A DNA stretch of 63,722 bases, the filler included, from Pirum gemmata (lineage: Eukaryota), in assembly GCA_002812295.1 (NCBI GenBank). It is 15 parts of 15 records of this genome, joined end to end, with 100 filler letters (N's around TTAATTAATTAA, not from the genome) between each part and the next. Parts side by side here need not be neighbours in the genome. Positions count along the whole stretch, not along the records: positions 38,154 to 42,234 come from PDIN01001575.1; positions 42,335 to 46,379 come from PDIN01001576.1; positions 46,480 to 50,526 come from PDIN01001577.1; positions 50,627 to 54,631 come from PDIN01001578.1; 11 more parts are not named here. One strand, 5' to 3'. Position 1 is the first letter of the stretch; every line of letters starts with the position of its first letter. Shown here piece after piece: positions 38,701-53,035 of this stretch. Under the pieces are notes generated by a model that saw only the letters and a list, made by a program, of their open reading frames with translations, was not told the DNA's origin and did no database searches. The position numbers and the translations under genes are program-made.

Positions 38701-41700
38701 TATATACATATAATTTGCAGGATAAACAGATAATTGTGTGAAAACTGGTGCTTTCATATATATGTGGAACCAGATTTGGGTCTTATTATTAATAATATAT
38801 GATTTTAATATAGCTAGAAAATCGCTATATTTTTTATAAATATATTAATAAATAGACTAGTATTAATATAATATATATACTACATTATATCGATATTATT
38901 ATTATATATTATTATAGTGCTTTTCAGTTGTTTTGTCATCATAAAATAAGAAATAAATAGTACCAAATTAATACAATACAAATCCATTTAATTTAATTTG
39001 GTATATTTTATTATCTTAGGGCGGGGACTCGGGTACCTACACTTTCTTTTTATTAAACGCTTCCATTGTTATTAATATTGGTACTATGAATATGGTTATC
39101 AAGACAACTATATACTATATTATATTTTTAAATTATTTTATAAGTATTTATAATTTAAAGTGTATATAAAAAATGTGAATTGAGGTATTTTGGTTATTCT
39201 GATTTTAGTTATCTTAGTTAATTGTTAGTTTATAATTCTTAATTGATTGCTCTTTTTTTCATTATCAAAAATTTAAAACAATTATATTTATACATTAATA
39301 TTTTTTATCAATTATTAAAATCAATATCATCATAATAAAAAATGAAATTATAAAACAACTTAATTATACAAACAATAATTAACCATCTTAATTAATTATT
39401 ATTATAAACAATTAATTAATAACATATATCATGAAAATTTTCCAATAATCTATTGACACCAAACACTTTGGATAACCTCTGGTATTGATTTACGAAATTA
39501 GTCAATATTAGCCAATAACTAATTTAAAAGGTAAAAATTCTTAAATCAGAAATATAATATAAATTAACAAATGAATTTATTATTATAATATAGCAAAATA
39601 ATCATTTGTTTATTACTACAAATTACTTAATAAGTCTTATTAATATAGTTATAGCAAATCATATGAAATATACAATTTCAATTCTTAGAAAATAAGAATT
39701 ATTTCTTTTCTTCATATATATCAAAACAAACGTCATTGATAAGAAAAACTTATCAATGAACCAACAATAAATCAATAATATTACCATATTTTGTAATATT
39801 ACTTCATATATTATCATAAAACAAAATTTTGGTTCTTTTTAATTAACAAATTAAAAATCTACTTTCATTTTTATAATTATATTAAAATAAATAAATATAT
39901 TATAAAACCATTTCATAATTAATATTAATATTTATTTTAAATAATGAGTTTTTCAATTAACAAATTAGAATTTCATATAATTGCCTATATTAATAAATAA
40001 TACAAAAAATATATGTAACTTATTCATAATATAAAACCACATCTTATTTAAAATATAAAACCATATAACAATCTATACTATATTAATAAATAATATAAAA
40101 TAAATCTTGTTATTAATTGATATTATTAACTGATTTTTCTAACAATAATTATAAATAATATAAAATAAATCTTGTTATTAATTGATATTAACTGATTCTT
40201 TTTAGCAATAATCGATATATATATTTATCAAATATATAACATACTACATAAGTTATAATTAATATTTATACTTTTAAAATAATCATCTTCATGGCAACAA
40301 CAGACATAAACGTTTATTTTCATTAAAAAGAAAATCTATGGGCTTAGGTCAATATCTAATATTAATTAAAAGATAGACTACTGTATATATTATAAGAGTT
40401 TATCGATAAGTTATAATTATTCTTAAGAGTTCTCATACTAATTGAGGAGGAGGAGGAGGAGGAGGAGGAGTTTGTTTTTAGTTTGTATTTGTTTACAATA
40501 GAGTTTTAAAGAATATATATTTATAATACAATAATATTATTGTTATGTAATGGGAAATTAAAAAAAAAAAAAAAAAATCACAGTTCAAATATCGCGACTC
40601 TGACTGGATAATTTCTTATATAGTTTATATTACATATTTGGATATATTTATATTTTGATTATATTTTTATAGACCGCTGAATCGCTGATCGCAGTAATCT
40701 TCATGCAGCCTTTGACAATTATTGTAGATTTTTTTTTACAATTCAAAGATACTGAGACTTTCACTGGATACTTTCCCTTATGTGTTACATATTTATAATT
40801 TGCTTATTTTACTAATATTTTTATAGACTGCTGAATCGCTGATTTATACCATACAGCCATGCAGAAAAATTGAGACAACGCAGTTGGCAACTACTGGTTG
40901 GCAATACCTTGCGGCAAATCAGAGCCACAGCGGTGACGGAGTTCGTTTTTTTTTTGTTTTTCTTTAGAAATTAGCCATATAAAAAGGGTGGCATCCACCA
41001 TATGAGCTAAAAATCCAAAAATCCAAAAATGATCCAATTTAATAAAAGTACTACCAAATTATAAGAAGTTGATAAACTTAAAAAAACTCTATTTGAGCCA
41101 ATAGCTAGTTTATAAAAATAATTTGGCTAGTTGGTATTCAAGGTTTTTAGAAAAGAAGTCTAAAAAAAATTATTTCTACAATCCAGCTTGGTAGTTTAAA
41201 AAAAAAAAAAAAAGAGGACCCTATTGCAAAATCTAAATTATAATTAAAAAATTATTATCTCAATTTTAATTTTAAAATTTTAATTTTTTTTAAAAAATAT
41301 GATAACCAACATATATGATAATATATAGCTAGATATATAGCTAGATATATAATATATATCATAGCTAGATATTATATAGCTACTAGAAATTATTCGAACC
41401 AAAAAATAAAAAAGAAATATTTAGCTATCATATTGCTGCTCTTGCTGCTCTTGTTGTTATTATTTTCTTTACATAATATTGAAGAAGTGGGCGACGCCCC
41501 GGTACCGGTTCGTATTTCTCGACAACCAAGAGTGTTATGAAAAAGTATGAAAACAAAAGTAGTTTGTATAAATAGGTCTTGATCTCTATTTTCTCATATT
41601 TGAGTTTGAAAAAAAATCAAACAAGCGAACGTAGGTAATAAAGTTAATTGAAGTCATGGATATCGACTTTTTATATAGTAAATTTGTTTTTGACATTAAA

Positions 41701-43505
41701 TTTTCTTGACAGTCAAAAATTCTTTTGATTTATATGTCGCCATTTTTATCCAGCTTGGAAAATTGTCTGCTCACCTCCCACAGTCCCACTCCTTCTATAT
41801 TATATATAGACTATCATTTCACTGAATACAGCTTTACTAATTAAAAAGTATTATTTTAAATGTAATAATTAATTAATATTATAAATCAAATCAAACAAAA
41901 CATAAGAATCCAAAAAGCCAAAGCAAGCAAACATAACAATATTATATTAATAAACATTAAAATATATAATAGTGCTTTTATAAGTCTAGTTATTTGTTGA
42001 TTTAGAACCTTTGAAATCAACTTTTTGAAATTAAACGTACCAATTGCAATTGCAACTTTATTAATAAAATGGATTTACATTAAATTTTGTACTTTTACAT
42101 TATATTATATATTGTGGAACTCTTTATAAATGAATTATTGTATATATATGACAACAGTTGTGTAAACAAAAAACAACAAACAAAAACCAAAAAGTGATAT
42201 ACAGTGATATTTAGGTCCGGTATGTCGTATTTTCNNNNNNNNNNNNNNNNNNNNNNNNNNNNNNNNNNNNNNNNNNNNTTAATTAATTAANNNNNNNNNN
42301 NNNNNNNNNNNNNNNNNNNNNNNNNNNNNNNNNNTTATTATTATTATTATTTATCATTATTATTTATGATTGCTGTTGTTGCGGTGGTGATGGTGGTGGT
42401 GATGGTGGTGGTGGTTATCAATAGTCACTGTTGTGTTTTATCATCATGGTTTTATATTATAGTTTCTTTTCTGTGTTTTCTTTTGTTTTTGTTTGTTTTT
42501 TGTTGTCTTATTACTATAAGTAATTTATATTCTATGATAAATAAAATAAATGAAAATCCTGTGTTTCTCAAAGTTTCCCTGCTCGTCACTGGCAGGCTTC
42601 GCGATAAGAAAAAAAAAAATCAATTAATCTGATTTAAAAAAAATTCAATATCTTTTTTTTTTTTTTTTTTAAAAGCGAATTTTTCGAGAAAGGGAAAAAA
42701 AAAAAAAAAAAAAAGGGCTTATTTGCAGAGTTTGAAAATACGCCGAACTTTTCGCTTAATTAAATCCCTATTTTTTTTTTTAAATTTTCGGGATAGTGGG
42801 TCATTCGTGTGAAAGTGGGGGACTGTGGGGCACCAACCAAAGTGCGTAGTTTCTTACATTTAGAGGAAAAAAGGCTAAAAAAGGGAAAATAGAGAAAAAA
42901 GAAAAATATGCAAATTTTAGAAACAAAGATGATTCGAAACTCAATAAATCCATTCAATCATTATTTCGATCAGTTTAAGCATTTTTAATTAATCGAGTTA
43001 AAAAACGGCTGTGGTGATCGAAATTTCAATAGTTAGTTCAAGCCGAGCTTTCGAGCTCGCAAGACAACCCTCCATTGGCTTAAAGGAAGGAGTGTTTATA
43101 AAAAAAATTGTTTTTTTTTTTTTTTTTTTTTTTTTTTGTAAAAAATATGCAAATCAAACCTATATAAAAAACTCGAAATGGACGGTATTAAAATGATACT
43201 TTCGGGAATAAATTGTCTCAAAACACAGCCAAAAAAATATTTATGGCGCCATTTTATGGGAATCCTAGGCCAAACCTTGCATTTTAATAATCGCTCTTCT
43301 ATTTACAGGGAAACTAAAAGGGTACAAAAACATCCTATTTAAGCACTTTAACTACTGCGAGATTTCGCACAATGATTAGTAAACCACCAAGTAAATAGGT
43401 GAAAATAGCTAGCTAGTCTACTAGCTCTAGTGATACTGGTAGTAGACAAAGGCGCTGTTAAAAAAAAAATTAATCATTTTGTAGACTATCATAAAATATA
43501 TAGAC

Positions 43506-43690
43506 TAGTGCTTTGCATTTATTTTGTCACTCCGAATATTTATTTGGTTATTTATAATATTTAAATTGATACTTTTAAAAAAATAATTAGATAATAAAAT
43601 ATACCAAATTAAACGAAATGGATTTATATTGTATTAATTTGGTACTATTAATTGTATATTTTATGACGACAAAATAACTGAAAAGCACAA
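43506..43690 (-). mobile_element. MITE family A full-length copy
   Basis: TAGTGCTTTGCATTT...ACTGAAAAGCACAA|TA. Confidence 0.85.
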
Positions 43691-45884
43691 TAGTATAGAG
43701 GATCATAGTAGTCTATTCTTCTGTTCTAGATTCTTCTATTATCATAATATTATCATATCATATCAATATTGATATGATATATCATATTTGATCATAGCTA
43801 ATAAAGAGAAAAAAAGTTCCTGTTTTCCTTTACATTTATAAAAAAAGGAGCAGTAGACGAGGGTTTAAAAAGTTACAGTTATATATATAGTTAAACAATT
43901 TGTTGATTTGTTTCATAATACTTTGGTACAAGTTATTTTAATGGTTTGATTGTCAGTTGGTTTTTTGACTTGTAGTACTTTTCATAATGAAAACATAATA
44001 TATAGTCTATGATGAGCAATTGTATTGTTCTTTTGTTGTAGAAATATTTGTTTTTAAACTTTGTTCCTAATTAGTATTATAGCGTTGTTTTTTACGTAAA
44101 GATTTACATGATGTGGGTATTAGGATTATTATACCAAAAATATCGTGAATTTGATAAGTATAATATTTTTGAACAAGATGTTTACTTACTGTCGAATAAT
44201 AATAATCATATAAAATACATTGGTAATCCAAAAACCTTTGTCTTACCCATATTAACAGTAAGTGAGTATCATAACTTTTTAATGTTTTTAGCCTACTTTC
44301 TAAATGTTGATTATGTATTAATGATAAGTTTAATTGGTAATAATACCAATTTTGTGACATTATTAAACTGTTTCTGTGTAAGTAGATGTGTGTACACTAC
44401 TGAAACTTTTCTTATTAAATTGAAAAATATGAATTTAGGAAATGAAACACAAATCACTAGTTTACTGAAATTTTTGCAACAAAAAAATGGGGATTATTCC
44501 ACTATTATTCCGATAACTTCAAGAATTTTAGTAATTTTAGTTTCAATCAGTACTATTACTTTTATTATGCAATTTTTCTATTTATTAATACAACTTCAAA
44601 TTTTAAAGACTGAATGTTTCTTTGACTTTTTTCAAACCGCAATTCAATATTAAATGTTACCACTACGGTCCACTAGTGATATTATATCAACATTTTACCT
44701 TTTTAACACCGAAAATTGACGAATATTTAAATAATTATTATGATATCGATTATGTTAATAATCATTTTAAAGGATGTGGTGAAGACAGCTGATGAAGACG
44801 ATAAATTAGAAGACGTATTATCAGGAACGAGAAGTTTTTAGAAAAAACATCATAATTATTATAATAACTATTATGAAAAACATAATTGCTATTAATATAA
44901 TCCAATTATATTAATAAGGTGCTTTATTATTAAGTTTAGTAGTATTATTATTTTTAATATTATTACTGTGTGGAATTCGTCATTGTATATGTATCCACAT
45001 ACGTTGGTCCATTTGCTGGTTTAATTAATATGTATATAATATTTTCGCTAATAAAATTTCGGATGTCCCAAGTTTTAAAATTGGTTATTGAGATTTTCAT
45101 ATCCACGACCTCCATATTTTCAATTTCGTTTCCAAATAAGAATATCATATAAACCGAATTGTTGATAACCAGCATCAAAAATTACTTCTATCTTTTTTTC
45201 TACAAATTCATATTTTTATTAGTTAATTTCACAATTCCTGGGAAATAAATATTAATATTGTTCTCGTTATTTATCTTTTCGTATATTCCATTGAACTCAG
45301 AGTTTTTGTGTTTAATATCAATAAATTTAGTGCTTTTTAACAACATTTATTGAAAATTGAAATAAATACTTATTATATTATAAAAAAACACAAAAATGAA
45401 TAAATAATATTGTGTATGCTCTAGAATTCGAAAATGATATTTTCATTTATTATGATAGCGAGAAATTTTTTTTTTCTATCATATATGATTGATATCATAG
45501 AAAAAAAAAAATAGAAAAAGAGAGTGGTGTTTGATTTTTTTTTTCGAGCCCACTAATTATTTATTAGTAATTTTTTTGAGGACGAATCCGTCCTTTGGGG
45601 TGGTCGGATCCGTCCATTTGTCTATGCTTGTAGACACTAGCTAACTAGCTACTAACACTCTAGCTAGCTAGCTATCAATAGTAGAAGTAGCTGGCTGGGC
45701 TGGCTGGGCTAGCTATCTGACAGTCTAGATCTCTAGATCTAGCTAGGCAGCTTTAGCTAGCTTCTAGCTAGTAGCTAGCTAGCTCTAGGGTATGATAGTC
45801 ATTGATAGAATGTATCATAGCAAAAGTGTAGCAAATCGATAGTCTCAAATTCTCAATAGGTCACACTTTGTTTGCTATTATTAT

Positions 45885-46235
45885 TGCAAAGCAATGCGTC
45901 TAATAACGGAGGTACGACAAATAGACAGGATAAAAATTGAAGACCTACTCCAAGTTCAACCTCCAAGTCTCCAACTAACCGACCTACCAACGATAGAACA
46001 ACGCTCACTCCAAATGATACATAACTACCTACAACAAGCAACAGCTCACAATGAAATAATAATACAATTACTTAGAGACTACCACCACGATGGCACCAGC
46101 AGAAATATGAAAGAAGGAACTCCTTCCTTATCATAGTGAGAAACCACATTTAAATGAATCTAAAGACTTCGAAACCAAAGCATATATATACAAATATATA
46201 CAAAATATATATACAAATATATACAAAAGACAAAA
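45885..46235 (+). mobile_element. Probable 3' end of a 5'-truncated non-LTR retrotransposon (LINE)
   Basis: KAMRLITEVRQIDRIKIEDLL...LPTIEQR...Y...A..NEII..L resembles the post-RT C-terminal region of LINE ORF2; followed by a short UTR and an (ATATACAA)n-type tail. Confidence 0.5.
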
Positions 46236-49200
46236 TCATTTAAAATTTTTTTTTTTTTTTTTTGGGGTGTAAAATGAATGCAAAAGAGAAATACGACCGA
46301 ACGATTTAAATGACGTCACAATACCTTCTAATAACCAATTTGTACTATTCATATCGACAGAAGGGGTGCTAGATCCAGTNNNNNNNNNNNNNNNNNNNNN
46401 NNNNNNNNNNNNNNNNNNNNNNNTTAATTAATTAANNNNNNNNNNNNNNNNNNNNNNNNNNNNNNNNNNNNNNNNNNNNAACCCTAACCCTAACCCTAAC
46501 CCTAACCTTAACCCTACCCCTAACCCTAACCCTAACCCAAGCTTGTAATTAATTATACTAAAAAGCATGAAAAGGTATACGTAATATTTATATATATAAT
46601 TCGAGTATCAAAATTATCAAAAACCCATTAATATTAATTAATATTCTATATAATTATATATATAATATTAATTAATGTTAATATTGGATCGTTAAAATTA
46701 TAGAAATTAGGGTTTGTGATAGGTACTAGCTATAGGGTCATGGTTAACTTTATAAATAATTAGGGTTAGGGTTAGGGTTAGGGTTAGGGTTAGGGTTACG
46801 ATTACGATTAGGGTTAGGGTAAGGGCTAGATTGGGGTTTTTGTAATAAGGTTTTAAGGTTAGGTTAGTGTCAGGGTTAGGGATAATCAAATATATTTTAG
46901 TTATATAGATTTAATTTAACTCTTTAATAACACACTATTAATATCAAGGACCGAAAGACCCACATCTGGTTCCATAATACTAATAACAACTTACTATCTC
47001 CATACCAATAACAATAACAAACAGTACAATTATACGTAACAACATTAACAGAACAAAAATTAATAATAATATTATAATAATATAATTAATAATTAACAAT
47101 TGCAATTACAATTACAATTACAATAATTAATAATAAAGTTAACAATATTAAAATAATAAATATGAGAAGACGTGGTTGTGGATGTCAATCAAATAATAAT
47201 AATTTTTATTATTATCAATAATAATAACAACAATAATAACAAGCTTAATTAATTAAGTACTAATTAAAACAATATTAATAACAATAACAATAATAATAAT
47301 AATAACAATGATGATACTAACAATTGCAATATTTAATAATAACATATACATGTACAACAATAACAATGATAACAATGATAAAAGTAACAGAGTACTAGTT
47401 AGTAATATAATAATATATAGTTATAATAACTTTTTTAATTAAAAATATAACAATATATATATATTACTATATATAACGATAACAATACCAATAACAATTA
47501 ATAATAATAACAATATAAATTATAACAATAGCAATAACAATATATATTAATAATAACAACAATAACAATAACAATAACAATAACAATAACAATAACAATA
47601 ATAACAATAATAACAATAAAATCTGACTTGTAAGTTTTCGCCAATAATAACTATTGAAAGTGTTTTTTTGGTTCGTGTTGCACCATTAACAGATTTTTGT
47701 TTTTTTTTCAAAGTTCAAAATTTCAACTGTGATAAAATGTGTTTGTTCACTGTTTGTTCCTATCTTCTTGGCTGGAAAGAGGCTTATTGTTTGTAGTAAT
47801 CAATTTCGTATTATATTAAATATATTATTAACATTATTAATATTATTATAACTAATTATAATATTACATATAATATGTATTTATAGGTCCTCGAATATAT
47901 TAATTATATATAATATAATTATAATATAATATATAAAATTAATACAAAAGTTTTTTAATAACATTTTTAATTCAAAGATTACTAACAATTATAATAATTA
48001 TAATATTAGACAGTGCTACATTATCGTTGTGAGTATAATTGAACTTTTTTATAAAATATGACATTATAAAAATTATAACATACCAAATTCATTGAAACAT
48101 ATTCGATAATTCATTTCAGTTTTTGAACGGAACAAAATTAATATTTGTATTGTTGATAAATAGACTACCGGTAAACACTTTTTTGCATTCAATCATGGCA
48201 CCTACAACCACGGGAAGATGCCCGATAGTTTTACACTGTACTGTTTTACTATAATAATGATTTGATACGTTTATTTCAGTTTTTGAACGGAACAAAATTA
48301 ATATTTATATTGTTGATTTAATATAAACACTTTCATGATTCAATCAATCTATCTATTATTATAGTCTACATCAATCAATCAATCACTAGTAGAATCAATC
48401 CTATCAAATTTTTAACAGCCAAGTCGGATAAAACTCGAGGGATAAAACTGTAGAAATCATTTTTTTTAGTCCTTTTTTCTAAAAATATTTTTTTAAAATG
48501 CTAAACAGCCAAATTATTTTTAAAAGCTATCTATTGGTTCATAATGATGAGTTTTATTAGTTAAGTGATTATAAAACTTTCGTAGTACTTTTAATAAAAT
48601 TGGATCAATTTGATATTTTTTTGGATTTTTGGGCTCATATGGCGGATGTCGACATTTTTATCCGGCTTGGTACGAGGTATAGTTTAAAAAAAAATAATAA
48701 TAATAAATAAATAAATAAAAAAGTAGTTATGATATTATTATGGTGACAATCTAAAACTAATTAAAAGCAACCTTTTCTTTTTACATGTTTGAAAATTTCA
48801 AACCTATCAAATATCTATCACATGACCTAAATTCGAAAAATTCTATTGAATCTAAAACTAATTAAAAGCAACCTTTTCTTTTTACATGTTTGAAAATTTC
48901 AAACCTATCAAATATCTATCACATGACCTAAATTCGAAAAATTAAAAATCGTTTGCACCATATTTATAATTATTATTATTGTATTGTGCTTTTCAGTTGT
49001 TTTGTCATCAAAAAATATACAATAAAGAATACCAAATTAATACAATATAAATCCATTTNTTATAATCTAATTATTAATTTAAAAATATCAATTTAAAAAT
49101 ATTATAACCAACAAAATAAATATTCAGAGTGACAAAATAAATGAAAAGCACAACATACAATTTGTGCTATCACTCGAAAACAACTAATAATAATAATAAT

Positions 49201-49312
49201 AAAATTACATTGAAAAAGAAAATTGTAAACAAATAAAAATAAAAAAATTATTGTCTATTATAAAAAAAAACAGTATGACTAAATGTGTGACTGACCTTGT
49301 AATCACGTTTTT

Positions 49313-49870
49313 GTGCAAACAATCTAAAAAAGCCCACCCTTTTTTTTATGTTCGAAAATATCAAATCTATAAAATACTATTAAATTACTTATGTTTGAAA
49401 ACCGAAAATTCTAGTGAAACTCAAAAGTTAGAAGTTTTTTAACTGTTTGCACCTTGGCATATTATCAAATGTATGGTCATATCAGCATGAGACCTACCCG
49501 GGGAGGGTTGATGGGTATGGGGCAAACAGTTAAAAAACTTCTAACTTTTGGGCTTCATTAGAATTTCTAGTTTTCAAATCTAAGTAATTTAATAGTATTT
49601 TATAGATTTGATATTTTCGAACATAAAAAAAAGGGGGTGTGGGATTTTTTTAATTTTGAAAAAAAGTAGGGCGTTTTTAGATTGTTTGCCCCATAAATGA
49701 TATAAATATGATTTTATTATTTTTGCTATAGTGCAAAAAGTCTAAAAACATCCTACTTTTTTTTTTACTAATTTAAAGTCCCACCTTTTTTTTTTATGTT
49801 TGAAAATTTCAAATCTATTAAATACTTATTACATTACTTATGTTCGAAAACTGAAAAATTCTAGTGAACC
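49313..49870. mobile_element. Cluster of three family E elements (ends GKGCAAACA...TGTTTGCMC), the first two in inverted orientation
   Basis: 49313-49453 and 49519-49692 are reverse complements around a ~65-bp spacer; third copy at 49731-49870; another at ~16545-16717. Confidence 0.75.
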
Positions 49871-50658
49871 CCATAAGGCTAGCACGGATGATACCACAAT
49901 AATATTCTTTTATTTTTATTTTTTGCTATCGTGCTTTTCATTTATTTGGAGGGTTATAATCTTTAAATTGACATTTTTAAATCAATAAATAGATAATAAA
50001 ATAACTGAATAAAATTTACAAACTACCAAATATTTTCCATTAAAATTCAATTTGAAATCATCGGATTAGTTTTTTTTAAAAAAATATATTTTGCTCATTC
50101 CATATTTGGTTTTTGTTGTTTTTGTGGAAAATTGACTTTTTCTGATATTTTCTGTAGTCCAATCGTTTTGCACGAAGAGTTTGAAAAATGGAAACTAAAA
50201 ATGAATGCAGCCAATCAATCTTTTTTGTTATTGGGATACCTATTTTTTTGTGAATCTATATACCAAAAAACTAATAAAAAAACTTGTGACGTAAAATAAT
50301 AGAAAATGTCGTATTTAAAAATTTTGAGAGTGGGTTTTTTCATTTGGGAAAAAAGATAACGTACCCTAGATACAAAATATTTTTTACGTTTTGACACCCC
50401 TGTATGCAAATAGTGTACGTCATTTAATTAAGAATGCATCGTAAATGCGTCATTATTTTAATTGCGTCATTACAGGTCTAATTAAAATAATTTTGTTTTT
50501 TTATATCATGGACTGACTAGTCTAATNNNNNNNNNNNNNNNNNNNNNNNNNNNNNNNNNNNNNNNNNNNNTTAATTAATTAANNNNNNNNNNNNNNNNNN
50601 NNNNNNNNNNNNNNNNNNNNNNNNNNTTTATTTATTTATTTATTTATTTACCTGATAG

Positions 50659-52235
50659 CAAAAACACGGGTTACAATATCAGGAGCTATTTTTTACACAC
50701 GAGACCAACCTGAAGAAAGTTGTCCTAATCAAGAAACTTTTAAAATGGAAAGTTGTCCTGCTGAGAAGTGTTGGGATGATGATGATTCAGATGGCGAAAG
50801 TAAAACGGATACAATTAAAAACATAAAACCTCCACAAACAGCTACACCATCTTCATCACCAGAGACGTCACAGAAGAAATCAGTTGAAAAAGCAGCCACA
50901 ACAACAAAAACACCCCCTATGCAAAACACATCTACTCCATACAAAACAGCACACTCTACCCCGTCATCACCAACATCACCAGTCATAACAACAAAAACAC
51001 CCCCTGTGCAAAACACATCTACTCCATACAAAACAACACACTCTACCCCGTCATCACCAACATCACCAGAGACTACACAGAAGAAATCATTTGAAAAACC
51101 AGTCACTACAACAGAAACGCCCACTAACCTTCACCCATCTACTTCACATAAAACAACACATTCTACCCCGTCATCACCATCAATACCACCTGTATCTCCA
51201 CCCTCATCCAGTTCCTCTTCGAAAAAAATTATAAAACCATCAACATCGCCTTCCATAAAAAAATGGGAAAGCTCAGAAATATTTGCCTTGAAGGAAATAA
51301 AGAGACTAACAATTGAACTCAACAAAATGAAAAAAGCTCAGGGGCAGCAAAAGTTAGATTTGCAAAAGGGTTATGAACAAAGAGAAAAGGATCAAGATGT
51401 ACAACTGGCTAAAATTAAAAGAGAAGTAAAAGAACTTGAAACCAAAGCTCAGGATAGCGAGAAACAAAAGGAATTATTAAAACAATTGAAAAAAGAAATT
51501 GCAGAATTAAAAATAGCAAAAGACAAAGCTTTTAGAGAAAATACAGAGAAAGAAGAAAACATCTTGGAATTGACTAAACAAATTGAAAATCTTCAGAAAA
51601 ATCTTTTAAGTTTAAAAGATCAACAACAAGAAGCCCATACTCAACTGCTAAAAAGCGGGAATATGAACGAAGTACAGAATAAAATGTTAAAAGACCTCAA
51701 GCAACAAATTTCCAAGTTACAAAGCAAACAAGCTCAAGATATGGAGAAATTAAAAAAATACCAAGCAAAACAAGCAAAAGAAAGTGCTAAAAAATATAAT
51801 GATCAGCAAGAAGTAATTGAAAATTTAAAAAGGATTGAAGAGAAAGAGGCCGCAATGATGGCCAAAACTAAAGCTGAAAAGGAGAAAACAGGACAGGAAG
51901 TTGCAAAACTGGAAAAAGAAATACAAGATTTGAAACCCCAAGGGCAAAGCCAGCCAGAAAAGGGCAATAGATGTAGTGAAAGTAATGTTGTTCTTTTCGC
52001 TCATGCCGAAGAATACGGAAAAGTTAATTTGGAGCAAATTGGCTTATCAAAGGGCCCAAAGAAAGGAGAACAAAGAACATTTTATACTACAACAGATTCA
52101 AAAGGATCAATGTTGTGGAAATGTGGACAAATCGGTCATTTGGAAAAACTTGGTCCTATTTTAGAAAGTGTTAAGGTAAATGTAGCGGTAGCGCAAGACG
52201 GTACTGTTACATGGACGCTATTACCTGGTTTTTAA
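50659..52235 (+). CDS. Terminal exon: TSP1-like Cys segment, S/T/P mucin-like repeats, long coiled coil, small C-terminal domain
   Basis: TAG acceptor at 50656-50658; frame open to the ORF start (KTRVTISG...SCPNQETFKMESCPAEKCW); repeated TSTPYKTxHSTPSSP; K/E/Q heptads. Confidence 0.8.
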
Positions 52236-53001
52236 TAGAATCGATATTATATTGATATCATTATTAATATTTGTTTAAATAAACAGCGAAACAATCTTAG
52301 TTTTACTCTATAACTAATTACTATTTTGAAATAATTATTACTATAAAAATATTACTATTTTAATTAATAAATAATTATATATTAATATTATTATTACTAT
52401 TAATTACTATTACTATTAATTATTAATTACTATAACTATTGATTGATATTATTACCGCTTACTAATAGTATTGTTATTATTAATACTTATATATACTATA
52501 TTATTATCGTTACTATTATCATTACCATTATAATTACTGCTACGATATTACATGTTCTATTGTTACATTTTGATAAAACATCTCAAATATAATGTCATTG
52601 CTGTATGTTTTTTTTTTTTTTTTTTTTAATTAATTACGATTGTTTGACTTGCTAATATTATTGCTATTACAGTCTATTACTATATATACATTGGCATTAC
52701 TATTGCCATTATCTTACCATTACCATTAATATTAATTGTTCTGTTATCATTACTATTTTGATTTTAAAAAATCTCATGTATATAGGGTTATCGTTATGAG
52801 TGTCATACCAGGTAGTAGCTACCTCTGTTAGCTTGCCATAGACCTAGTTAGCTATGCTAAACCAAAGAGCTAAGCAAGCCTCTGAGTACTAAGTAGGCTA
52901 TTGTTTTGGACTCTTCCATTCCATTCATTTGTTAGAATATTTTATTTCGGCCTAAAAATGTATGTTAAAATATTTTCAACCAATATAATTTCATAAAAGC
53001 T

Positions 53002-53035
<34 letters not shown>

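Noticed and set aside
41488..41525. tRNA-like GGTTCG
   Set aside because: No cloverleaf or acceptor stem could be formed.
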